Shown here: piece after piece, positions 38,401 to 50,246 of the stretch
Layout of the letters: each line of letters opens with the position of its first letter
Numbering within the stretch: the stretch's first letter is position 1
Assembly: GCA_046563655.1 (NCBI GenBank)
Contig: CM102288.1
Location: 6,448,001-6,512,000, forward strand
Source: Yuukianura sp. NJ FZ-2021
Lineage: Eukaryota
Length of the DNA: 64,000 bases
Direction of reading: 5' to 3'
Position numbers and translations under genes: made by a program
Notes under the pieces: generated by a model
The model's database searches: none
What the model saw: the letters and a program-made list of their open reading frames with translations, nothing else
Told to the model about the DNA's origin: nothing

Positions 38401-41400
38401 CTTTCAAAATTCTATGTTCGCATTTAAAAATTAATTTTTGAAATTTTGAAAGTAAAAACAGTTTGAATGGATCGTTTAAGTTATGGAGTGACCTCTTCTG
38501 GTTCGTAATGAGGTTGTGCAAGGTCACTTGTGTCACCAAATGGAAACTCCCATTTGAAAAGATGTTCCAACATCCTGCGACACAAGGACGCCCAAATGCT
38601 AACTGTCATTGTGCCACAATGTGGAATCCCAACAATGGACCAGTTTCTGGAATTTAACAATGGATTATGGATTGCTCCATTTCAAAACATGCCCACTGAC
38701 CTCATTCCACAACTGTCAAATCCACCCACAACACAAAAGTCACAACTCACTTCCTGGAAAACTCTTACTAATTAAATTATTCCCAACTAAAACTAATTCT
38801 CAACATCCATTTCAACTTAATTTAAGACGAATTTAAGAATAACTCTGGAATTCCTGCGAATTCCGAGAATTAGTCGGATGCTTATGCAGAAACTAATGCA
38901 GAGTGACCTTTCGATGACCTTCCCTCATTTCCAAGAAATACGCGCAGTTTAATTTTAATTTAGCCGGAAAAAAACACGGCAGATCTGTGCAGAAAACTCA
39001 TTTTCAAAAGAGCGTATTTTTATATTTTTACACTCAAAATCTGTTTTGTCTATTTCTGCTCAAATCCGCTCCTATTTTTTCATGGTTTTGCAGAATTTGC
39101 ACAGAAACAAAAAGAAGTCAAAATAGGACCTCTCTTCACGCACACTTCCCACAAACACCATTCTAAAAAGCCAAAAAAATTAGTGAATGAATGAAAAGAC
39201 CAGTTTCATTTCTCATCTGCACCAATTTCAAACTTTGCGTCTCCATCTATGCATTTCGAGAATTTTGCAGATTCAAAATTTTTCCAATTTCGCAAAAATT
39301 GCCGAGGGAGGGCGCATTGTTTCTCAAGTCAAAAACACCAGTAGCAGTTGCAGTACCCGAACGTTAAATGAATTTTAAAAACCCATTTTTAAATTTTAAA
39401 ATTAAAAAAAAAAAGACGGACTAATCGCCTGAATTCCGATTTCGCAGGTATCGTTTTTCTTTTATAATTGAAACACCGTGTTTAGACAAACCGAAAATGG
39501 AGTTTTTGTCGCAGACTGTCTATAACATTCCAAATTCTACACGAATTGTTGAAAATTGCCAAAGAATATTTTTGAGTGTGCGTGGTTTTTAGGAAAAAAG
39601 TGTAATTTTGAGTAGACTTTGTTGAAATCAGTTGAGTAAATGAAGCAGAACTGGATAGTCCTGAGGTGTGACATTTTATGAGAGCGTGAATACTGGGCAA
39701 TTGTTCCCAATTTCACAAATTCTCTGCGGTTTCTTTTTCAAACATTCCAGCCTCCCAGAGCGGAAAAACTGAACGTTTGGAGGGAAACAATGTCGGGCGG
39801 TCATTGGCTTGTTCAGAGTTGAAATTCTTTTAAGTCAATGCTAAAAAGTTGAGTTTGGTAGCGTATTGATTTGTGTTTGGCCATGGATTAATTGGAAGTC
39901 CTTTGAAATTAGTGTTTTTGGCCATCGGACAGGGCGTGGTCACTTCCCCCGAGGTGCCCAACAACCAGTTCCCCATTTCATAAACTTCCAATTAATCTGC
40001 AGATACCGCAAACAACAACTCACTTTTAACTACCAATAACAATTACAGCTACAACCGTCTAATTAACCTAAATTTAACTTTTACTTTAAATCATAACAGC
40101 GCTAAATTTTTCAAAACGAATGTTTCAAATTGAGCCGGTGACCTCTGCCGTGTTCGGGTACCGTAAAATTTCTAGGGAGCAAACGTTGACATTTTGAAAT
40201 AAATGGCGGGCTCTATTAAGCGCGGGGATCAAAGGTAAAATTTAGCCGGGGATTAAAAGTTGATTGGTGGTTATTTGTAGTTTTACGGTAACGAGAGGAG
40301 GCGTGCCGATATTTTATTGCTCAAAATCGCGATGGACAGGATAAGGAGTGCGGATTCCATCGTTAGCCTCTACTTTCATTTCCTTCAATCCTGCATGACC
40401 TCCAAATGACCTTTCACCTCTCAGCTCCACAACTTACACAACTTCTTACACAGCAATAGTTCACAAAATCTATAAAAACTTTTTCAAATCTCCAAAACTT
40501 TTGTAAAATTCACTAAAAATTCCATTTGCAGAATTCAAAGTTTAACAAAAGAAAAGAAGTCGGCACTGGAAATAAAAGCTCTACAATGAATGTTTTTCAG
40601 TTGGGATTTCTGCAATTATTTGAATCTTTTAAAATCTGAAGTTGATGTTAAATTTAATTAGGAAGTTGTAATTACTTTGAATCATAGTTGAAGATGCAGG
40701 TTGTGGAGGGGGATGCTGAGGAGGATTGTTGAAGCATGCAGTTTTGGGTAACAAAGTGTGGAGCAGCATTTGAACAATTCCGCCCGTTCCATTCCAATTT
40801 CAGTTACAATTGCTCTCGCTTCCAAGCAACTCGGCTCATCACCGGTCTCCAACTTTGTTACACTTTGCAATTTCTGCCAAATTCAATTTCAATTTCCGTT
40901 TTTACGTTTTCCGGTTCAAAATCAAACACATCCCGGTCGGATTCCAAAAACCGGGTAACAGACTGAAGCGTTTTTCGTGGTGTAGAACGTGTAACTGCTT
41001 CACAGAGAACTTTCAGTTTCAGAAACCGGAGGGAGTAACTAACTTTAATTTGGAGAAAAAGTCCAGTTTCTGGGAATAGTTACTCCCTCCAGCTTCTCAA
41101 TTTTTAACTTGCAGTTTTGGAAAATTTCAAAATAGCAAATTTTAAAGTTAGGGAAAAAAGTAAAATTTAGGAACTTTATTTGACATTTGGAGTCAAACGT
41201 TGACCTTTGGCGGTAGTTGTGAGTGCGGTCTCAGTCTTAACCGATGCTTAGCATTGATAAGTTAAGTTAGTCAAAAAACCAAAAACTTTGAGTAATTAGC
41301 CACTTGTAGCGTCGGATCAAAAATTAATTGTCCGAATCAATCACTCATCTTCATCTAACTTTTTCGCGCCTAATAAGCCTAACCCCAGGGAAATGCGGGG

Positions 41401-42323
41401 TCACAAGGTCACTCGTGCGGGATTTCACAGGTAAGTGACCTCTCTGTACCATTAATTGAGTAATGATCACATTTAATTGGCCACTTGCAGTCTCATCACG
41501 TGGTTACAGCTCTAATAAGACAGTCTAATTACATTTCAAAGTAATTCCATAATTACTTTTCAAAGTAATTTCATAATTACTTCTCAAAGTAATTACTTTG
41601 AAGAGTGAATTACACGTACTAGAGGCTATTAATCCCATCAACTGTACAGGAAACAACGGTTTGTAAAGGGGTCAGGCGGGAACCTGGGCAGCCTCACCAG
41701 CGGATAGCCAAATTCCCAGCACCAGCGAACTCTGCAGTGAGTGACAAAATGGTTATCCATAAAATGATTGGTGGACGGTTGGAGATGACTTTTAGGGTCT
41801 TGGTGGCTCAGTGGGTCAACAATCCACTTCCTACTGGCCTGCCAAGTCCCAAGAGGTCGCCCAACAAAACATCACCTTGCACTCAACCATCAAAGGTCAA
41901 ATGCGAGGTCAAAGGTCAAGTGACAAGTGGGATTTCGGATCGGCGCATGGCACAGACCGCCAAAATGGTGCAATGCCCTTGGAAATTCCACATTGCCACT
42001 TCAAACTTCAGAAACTCAAGTCATTCGAACTTTTTAAAAATGTGGGCAGAAGTGTACCTCTGACTGTTATTTCCATTGTTAAAAATAATATTATTAATAT
42101 TAATAATATTAATTTGGAAGTAAGTTTAAAACCACAACAAATCCCAACAGAGTGAGGATCCATTGAACCTCCAGAAGATTCCAGAGATCTCTTCTCCCTT
42201 TACTAACACTCTTACCTCCACTCTTAACACTTACAACTTAAGTCACTCCTCTATGATACTTCCCAAGTATTCATCACAGACACAGCAGCATCCAGCATTC
42301 TTCCACTTCCACACTCTCAATCC

Positions 42324-45281
42324 TCAGTTCCAAGCCGCCGGCTCTGCAAAAACTTGCTTGATCACCAGTTTCTCCGCCCTGTCAAACAAAAACACAAGTT
42401 AGTTTTCGGAATTAAACAATAAAAAAACTGTTTTCTTTCAATTTGTAGTGAAGATTGTGATGAATTTTAAAGTGGATTTGAATTTGAATTTGCCTCACTC
42501 TGTTTTTGGTCTCTTCTTGAGCTGTTCCCTGGGCGGGGAGCTGTCGCCGCAGACGAGTTTTCTGAAAATGTCGCCAGGTCGTTCTGGAAGAGTGTCGCCG
42601 AGCAGCGGTCGCTTCTTCTCCTCCTTGACAAGTTTTTGGTAAGCAGCAAAGGTGAGTACGCGATAGCCAGCACTGCACTCGATGTTGTCCATCACGAGGG
42701 AACTCTGGTCCTTGTCATTCAAAGACACAAACAGAGAACTGTTGTTTCTCCAGTACGTCTGCACATTACCTACAATTCAAACAAACCACAAATACAAATT
42801 TCAAAGGTTTCACTTTAAGTTACTCATAATTTCAAAAACTATTTTGAAAGTAGCAAAAACTTCAAAAAGAAAAGGAGAGTGTTTTTTTTTTACCAAATGG
42901 GTTGAATATTTGGAGAATACTTTGCTGAGTGGCATCCTTCGGACACGTCACGTAAAACACATGAGCTCGACTCGGCGTCACTAAAAACAAAACCAAACAC
43001 TTTTCTCTTTTTTTCGTTTCATTTTTTTTTAACTTCAACTTTTTTTTTCGAAGGAACTGAAGAAGCGGTGACTTACAATCTCTTCCGGAAATGTTGAGGT
43101 ACGAAATGTCAGCCATTCGCATCAAGTACAATCTAATGATTCATCGGAAAGAGAAATTTCTTAAAATTTTAGAAAAACAATACAATGGTAGCTGGAAATG
43201 TTAGTTTTTTGAAAAAGATAAGAACTTGCTTGTTGAGGAATGGGAGTGTGAGTGGGGAATCGGGCAGAACTCGCTTCTGCGGCGGATGCTGCAACGAGCC
43301 CAGATACTGCAACAACCCAATGAAGCAACACCCAGTTGTAAACGCATCAAATCCTGCAAAAGTTGTCACAAACCACTTTGTTCAACATGTTAAAACGTTA
43401 AACGTACTTAAAATTGTTAAAATGTCTTTAAAAAGATTATTCGTTTACCTGCTTCGTGTTTCTTGTTGTCTCTCAACTCGTAGCTACTTGTTCGGGAAGT
43501 ACTTATTCCTAAAAAACGAAACAAATTTTAGCTTCAGCCGACGTTTTCAAAACGTTCTTGTAAAAAAGTTGTTTTTGCTTGGAAAGTTGGCTTTACTTGG
43601 AAGTTTGAACGGTGGTTGCTGGATTCTTTTGGCCAGATCGAAGAGTCCCCGCGACTGGATGAGTTCTCGAAATGGTCCAGCGGATGCCATGTGCTTCGTG
43701 TCAACTAAATTTGGAAAACTGCTCTGCACAATCTCTTTGAACTCGGCCAAAGTATGCGGCAACTCATCAATAAATTGATGGATTGTATGAGCTACATCCA
43801 GCAGCATATTGTGTCCAACCACATATTTCGCCTAAAAATACAAAAAATCAGTTTTTCTCAAAAATGCTTTCAAGTTTTTCTTAAAAACGTACCGATTGGC
43901 TTATTTTCCTGATGACTTTGGAGAATCCAACATTTTGAGAAATCGTTTCGTGGTCCTTTTGAAGTTTCTCGGCCTCTCTGAGAGCTTGTGCCATTTTGCC
44001 CAATTTCACAATGCGCAGAACACGGTTTTTGGGGTTCCCTCGATTAGCTGGAGGTTTTAAACTTCCTTCACTCACTTCCTGTGCAGTGGATGTCTTTCCA
44101 TCAGAAATGTCATCCGACATTGCTTCAGAGGCAGCTTTTGAGGACTCCTCTTCGCTTTCATCGTCTGCATCGGAGACTGCGACCATTTCAAAGTAGAGGT
44201 CGTTGCTATAAGCTGGCTTGATGTTGTGGAACACGAGTTTTCGTTGGAAGGGCGTTAGGTGCAGTAGAGTCATCTCCTGAGCTCCACTCTTCCGAAACTT
44301 CTGAATCTTGTGACTGAAAATACACAAATTCATGTTTTCAGAACGAGTAAAATTAAGTTAGTTCAGTGACAACCTAGATAGTTTAAGTTTTTAGTCTAAT
44401 GTTTGGGATTAACTTTGCGAGGTATGTCACTTTTTGTGCTCCTCACCGAAGACATTACTTTGTGAGTTGAAGAAACTTCTTCATGTTTTCGGGAACTGGA
44501 ATCGGACTGGAATTGTCTTCGGCGGTTGCGTTGTTACGTTGCTCAATGTCTTCCGACATGAGCGTTTCATTCCCAAAAGTTAGGTAAGGGATTCCTGCAA
44601 TAATCAAATTCGCATTCAATATAACAAGATCTGGCTATAGATAAAGAATTGACGGGTAATCAGCAGGAACATAGATGAGGTTAAATGCTGAGATAAAAAT
44701 AGATAAGATAGGATAAATTGGAAGTTGAGGATAAAGGAAGAGTGAAGATAGATAAGGATAAGGATAACGATGCAGATGAGGATAAGGACATAATTTGTTT
44801 TAAATTCTAAAATTGAATGTCGAAGTACCTTCATAGATGAGTTTGTTGAAATCGAATCCGAATGCAGCCAAAAACTCGAGCGATGAACTCTCACAGAGAA
44901 AACGGACGTTGGGACTTTTCTTGGTGAGTTGTCTGGGGTAAGTGTAGAAGTTGAATGCTTCATGAGTGAATTCGTCCTTGACCTTATCGTAGAAGAAGGA
45001 GCAGAGTCCGAACTGGATCACGAGGAAACTAGTGGCAGAGTTCCTCACTGACAAGTATCGATCCTCCAACGACTCAAAGCAATTCTCCTTCTCATCCGAC
45101 ACTTTGAGTCCCGAGTACTCGCAGTCGATGGCCAGAAACAAGGCACGATCAATACTCGCTTCGATCTGAGGCAGTAGCTCCGCAAAATCTAAAAACGATA
45201 GAAGAACGTTTAAGCATGTCTGCAAACCGAAAAATTTTACCACCAAACATGATCCGACTTACTTTTTTCGGTTACTTCCAT
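42324..45281 (-). CDS. PARN: Poly(A)-specific ribonuclease PARN (multi-exon)
   Basis: MEVTEKN|FAELLPQI..FLAIDCEYSGL, FLVIQFGLC, FDFNKLIYEGIPYL, VGHNMLLDV, FPNLVDTKHMAS, HEAGFDAFTTG, C-terminal FAEPAAW. Confidence 0.93.
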
Positions 45282-46538
45282 TTTAGTCGCTCCATACGAT
45301 CATTAACCACTCATTGAAACGTACTCCGAAACCGGAGATTCCTGTACATCCAGAAATCGTTCAATTTTCGAAATTTTCAAACCAAAATCAACACAACTAT
45401 CTGAAAAAAATCATTTTCAAAAAAGAACTGCGAATGAAAGCAATAACAGCTGAAAAATGGGGTGTCACTAAATAGCAGAATTAGCTGATTTCGTCGTACT
45501 AAACACTCGACTTCAGTCTGCGACCTAGGCTTATACATGAGCATCATTGTTGTCATTTTCTTTGAGGATTAATAATTAGAACTCAAACTCTTACGGTTAA
45601 AATTACAGATTTGAAAAAAACTAAAGCAAATTGTTGTTGAAAATGTATTTGGACTTTGTTATAATTGGTATTATTCTTGTTGGCCTTAAACCTGGAACTC
45701 GTACTATATTAAATTGCACATAAGGCCGTGACTGCCAAAATGAGATGATAGGGTAATTTCTGTGTTTTCCGTGGATTAGGTATCACCTTGCTACGCAAAT
45801 TGCGGATGACTTACACAACAATCACTCCAATTGTAACCACAACTTGCACCAAAGGGTCCAGCTACAATCACTCTTGTTGCCACCAAGAAGTTACAACAAA
45901 TAAATTCCATTCAATTGGTTGTGACAATTCTTTACGGTAGCGTCGAAACCACTAAGGTTACAGTTACAGGCGTGAGTATTGCCCCTGAGAGTTACAATTA
46001 GTTAGCGCTAGTTTACTCCTCCTTTTTTGCGAAATTGGTTGAACTAAGGAATAACTGTTCTTAATGCATTCCGAAAGTTTACTCACTTCCACTATGTTTT
46101 ATGGCTACAGTTGATGGCTATACATGAGTGGCAACCAATGTATAATGTGATGTAACCAAATTAAATTCAGGTGGCTACTAAAGTTGCAACACAATGTAGC
46201 CACCAATTGCATTTGCAGTCCATTACAAATTTCGTTATTCGGTTACAATGACTACCGAGAAACATTACTCCAACCTCATTTTCCGAACTGTTTTGATTTT
46301 GGATTTGAATTCAAAGTGACAAGGTAGTTTTTACCTTAAATCAATCAATTAATTAACGAAAAGCGACGTTCCTGTGTTGATTGGCTTGTTGTAAAGTGAG
46401 GAGTCATTGAGTAAGTTCAGTTATGTAAGTATTTTACAATTTACAATATGACTACTTTATTCTTGTTTTGATATGGTTTTAGAACTTATGAGCTGTTTGT
46501 CATTTGATCATTTTTGTTTAGTCAATTCAATTAACATA

Positions 46539-48668
46539 ATGAAGTCCAAACCTCCGACAAAGAAGGCCAAGTTGGACGTTCCTGCTGTTCCCTCTGCCTC
46601 ACCCGCCACCGCCCCACATTCAACCGAAGGTAATTTCAATACTCACATTCACAAGTTTCTTCAACTCCTGATCTAACCGAATCATTAGTCACAAGATAAC
46701 GAAGGAAATTGAAATTTTAAACACATTTGACTAATCTTTGTGTTACTTTTACAGGAAAACCAAAAGCCAAGATTCTGAGTGCCATAAAAGAAGCATCAGC
46801 ATCCAAAGCCACCAGTGGTGGAAGTATTCCAGCATCAGCAGAAGCAGCTTCTACTAAATCAAAAACTACTGGAAGCATACTGCCCAGTCCAACTGCTATT
46901 CCTCCCGTCCGCCTCTCCTTCCCCACCCTCGCTGTGCCTGAAGTGCCCAAGGAATTCCAGCGTATCTCTGGCTCAGTTAAAACTGATGGAACAGAACCTC
47001 CTTTCCTTTCTATTGAGGAAATTGAAGCAATCCAACATGAACTGGAGACTCTTTGGTCTTCCCTGGCTGTCCGCTCCAGAACAATCAAAACGGAGTCTGA
47101 CATTCTGGAATCTGTATTGGGTGGACAGGGGAGGGAGGAACCCTCGTTTCTCTCTTGGGTGAGCACTATGATCCACATCACCAGGAGAAAATCAACACAG
47201 TCAAAAGCATCATTGAGTCTGGCCATGGAACCAGAACGACTGTGTCGGCTGCTGCTAAGTTAGTCCTGGGCACAGAGCCTGTGAAAGCCCTTCTGCCAAC
47301 TCCTCCGGCGTCAATCGTCGTTGGATCCAGTCGAAAGTCAAACAATTCTGCTGCTGCTGCCACCAGTGCTTCTGTTCCCAGTCCAACAATTTCTGCCTCG
47401 GGGAGGTCAGTTCAGTTTTCTTAATACTAAAAGTTATGTTAACTATTTGTAATTATTATGTAATTATTACAGTATGTTTTATCTCTACTTTATGTTATTA
47501 ACTTTATTCTTACTTTTTAGGCAGCCAAAGAAGAAACTGAAGGCTGAGTTGGGAGATAAGTCGAAGCTTGGAGGAATTAAACCACCGAGATCTGAGCAGA
47601 ACCGAAGTCACTTGGTTTCCATGGGTAGGCGATCCGTATTTTAAGCGTTACTTACATTATGTTACTTACATTATGTACATTACTTGTTTTAGATGAGTCT
47701 TTTCTTCGTCTTGAGGCTCCTAACCAGTTCTGGGAGTTTGCTGACTCGTACTGCCGAGATATTCGTCCTGATGATATTGCACTGCTTGAGGCCGAGGTTG
47801 CTGAGTTCAGGGAAATTCCTGACTCAACTTTCAGCGTTCCGCCACTCGGGAAACACTTCAGTGGAATCGAGAACAAGAACGTAGATGCTTCTGTGCGGTA
47901 AGGAACTGTTTCACTTCAATTCAAATCGGAAATTAAAATTAACCGATTCTATTTTTACTTTTTTAGAGCTCGAGACGAACGAGAGAAAAGTGGGAGAGAT
48001 GTGGTTGGACCGCTGACTCAGCGATTGGTTACGGCGTTGGTGGAAGACCGTGTTTCTCAGTTCAGCTTCCAGTCGAGGAACGGCGGCGGTGGAAGAGAAG
48101 AGCTCAACGGCGGTCTGATTCCTCGACCTGGACTCGTCAAAGCCCTCGGATTGGATGTCACTGGACCCGGAACGCAGATCACTTTAGAAAGTAGACTCAA
48201 AATGGTATTGGCTGAACAAGGATACTTGCTTGGAGATGAGGCAAATGACGACCCCTTTAATCCTGATAATGGAGACGAAGTACTGGCGGAAATCAAAAGA
48301 ACGTTTGCCACTCTCCGCAAACTGCACAAGCACAATCTAGATAAACTGGAGAAACTGGATATTGCGGCCAAGGTACGCAGTGATTCTCATTCCTTTTAAA
48401 ACAAGAGCGAGTTTAAGAATTCTTTCGGTTCAAAAAAAGTTATTTTGTTTTTAAATTTCAGACCGAGTTGGCACGACTTCCGCACAAGAAGGAGCTGGAG
48501 AAGGCTGACAAGGACATCATAGCAGCGTATCGAGCAATCACTGCCTGCAGAATCAAAAGAAAACCAATCACTCAGAAGGAGAGAAGCATCGCCACCAAAG
48601 CACTCCAGTTCCGTCAACACACAATCGACAAACTAAACTCCGCAACTCCAACGGAACCGACCAACTAA
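46539..48668 (+). CDS. TADA3: Transcriptional adapter 3 (Ada3, SAGA/ATAC); one frame discontinuity near 47130
   Basis: IEAIQHELETL, APNQFWEFADSYCRDI, VPPLGKHFS, GPLTQRLVTALVED, DEVLAEIKR, RIKRKPITQKER. Confidence 0.85.
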
Positions 48669-48948
48669 CTAATTCAACTTTTACACTCACTCTGACTAAT
48701 ATCCAGAATAATCACAACAGAGTAACATTCACGTAAGCATGCAACAGTTATCTGAGCATGTCATTTTTACATAACTTACATAATCTCAGTTAACTTTTAG
48801 TAGCTGGAACTAGGAACTTGGATCGATCCACCTGAACATAGGGTCGCAAGCTAAATTTATGTTTATGATTTTATGTACAAAATGTCTAGGGTTTTAGGCT
48901 AATTTTAGTTTTTAATAAAAAGTCATTGAGTCAAGGACTTCTGCGGAT

Positions 48949-50231
48949 TTAGAAACCATGCGCCCTTTCCATTCCCTGGCCAACACTTTCCCTGCTCTCC
49001 TTGATCTCCAGATAGGCATTGAGAGACAGCTCAAGTTCCGTCCTTCGAATGGAGTCCAACTGAATGTAACTTCTAAGTTTATCCACGTCATCCCTCGACG
49101 AATTCAGGATTTCCTTGGACTTGCATTCAGGAAACATCAGAGCAAACAGATTCACGAGAGGAACTGCATCCGACTGAATCCTAACAAAACAAATCCGTTT
49201 TTAGCAACGGTTGATTCGCTACTAAATTTTTGAACTTTGTTGAATTCTTACCTCTCATGTTGAATGTTAAAAATGAGGAGGTTGTCCATCTTCCGTTTCC
49301 GAGTTAGGTAAAAGACCAGCGGGCCATAGTGCCGAGTGGACTTGAGATAGTCGTAGTCACTCATTTCGTCTATGTGCTCATAAGTAGCTTCCACTACTGA
49401 AATGTATTGGGGGTCATCTGGGTCAAACTGTACACAGGCTCTGTCCAGAACAAACTCGTACGTGTTGTCGTCTTCAGAAGCTCTATCCAGCACTGCTTTC
49501 AAAACTTCCGGTTGGGAGAACATTTTGGGTACTGTGAGTTCCCTTCCCGCTTCAGTAGGAAAGTAAATGTTGTTCAACTTCATGCGTAATCTCCGATTAG
49601 CAAATTTTAGAGTTCCGTCCAACTCTCTCGTCACCATCAGCCTTTCCTAGAGAAAAATAAATCATTATTTTACTTTCACGTTTGAAAAACGTTTTGTTAC
49701 AAAAACTGGGTTTTTATGCTGACTCTGTTGGTACAGTTGAGAGAGATGTCCGTAAAGACAAACGCAGAGGGATCGTGACCTTGAATTCTCGGGTCAAACG
49801 ATAGAATCCGTTCGTCGTCTTTGGCAGGCGGAAGTACTGGAGGCATTTGGAGTAAGTAATCTGCTCTTTCCTCAGTTTGTTCAACGGCTTCTTCTAAATC
49901 TTTGACAGTCATGAAGCTGATCCTGGGTTCTTTCAGTTTCTGTCCAATCTTCCGATTTCTAAAAATTCTGCTGTAGTCTCTTCCTGTCAACTCCTTCAAC
50001 AGTTTCTGTACATCGGGCCGAAGAAAGGCTTCCAACCTCCCGTAGTCCTTCTCAGGGTCTCCTGATGTAGTCATTCCGACTGATGTCCCTAAATTCAGTT
50101 AACAAATTAGTTAATCACTCTTCAGTTTTAATATCAATGTAAATTTAATCCTAACTTTTCGGAAGGAACAACTGCAGTCTGGAATTGAGGGTTGTTCCTA
50201 TGGCTCTTCTCAGTCCATATCGTAACATCAT
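48949..50231 (-). CDS. MRPS22: Mitochondrial ribosomal protein S22 (mS22), multi-exon
   Basis: FLRPDVQKLLKELTG, LLQMPPVL, FVFTDIS, RELDGTLKFA, YEFVLDRACVQFDPDDP, LKSTRHYGPLVFYL. Confidence 0.93.
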
Positions 50232-50246
50232 CCTACCAGTCCCTGG

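Noticed and set aside
43185..43778. 197-aa plus-strand ORF
   Set aside because: Antisense to PARN exons and introns; no recognisable protein features.
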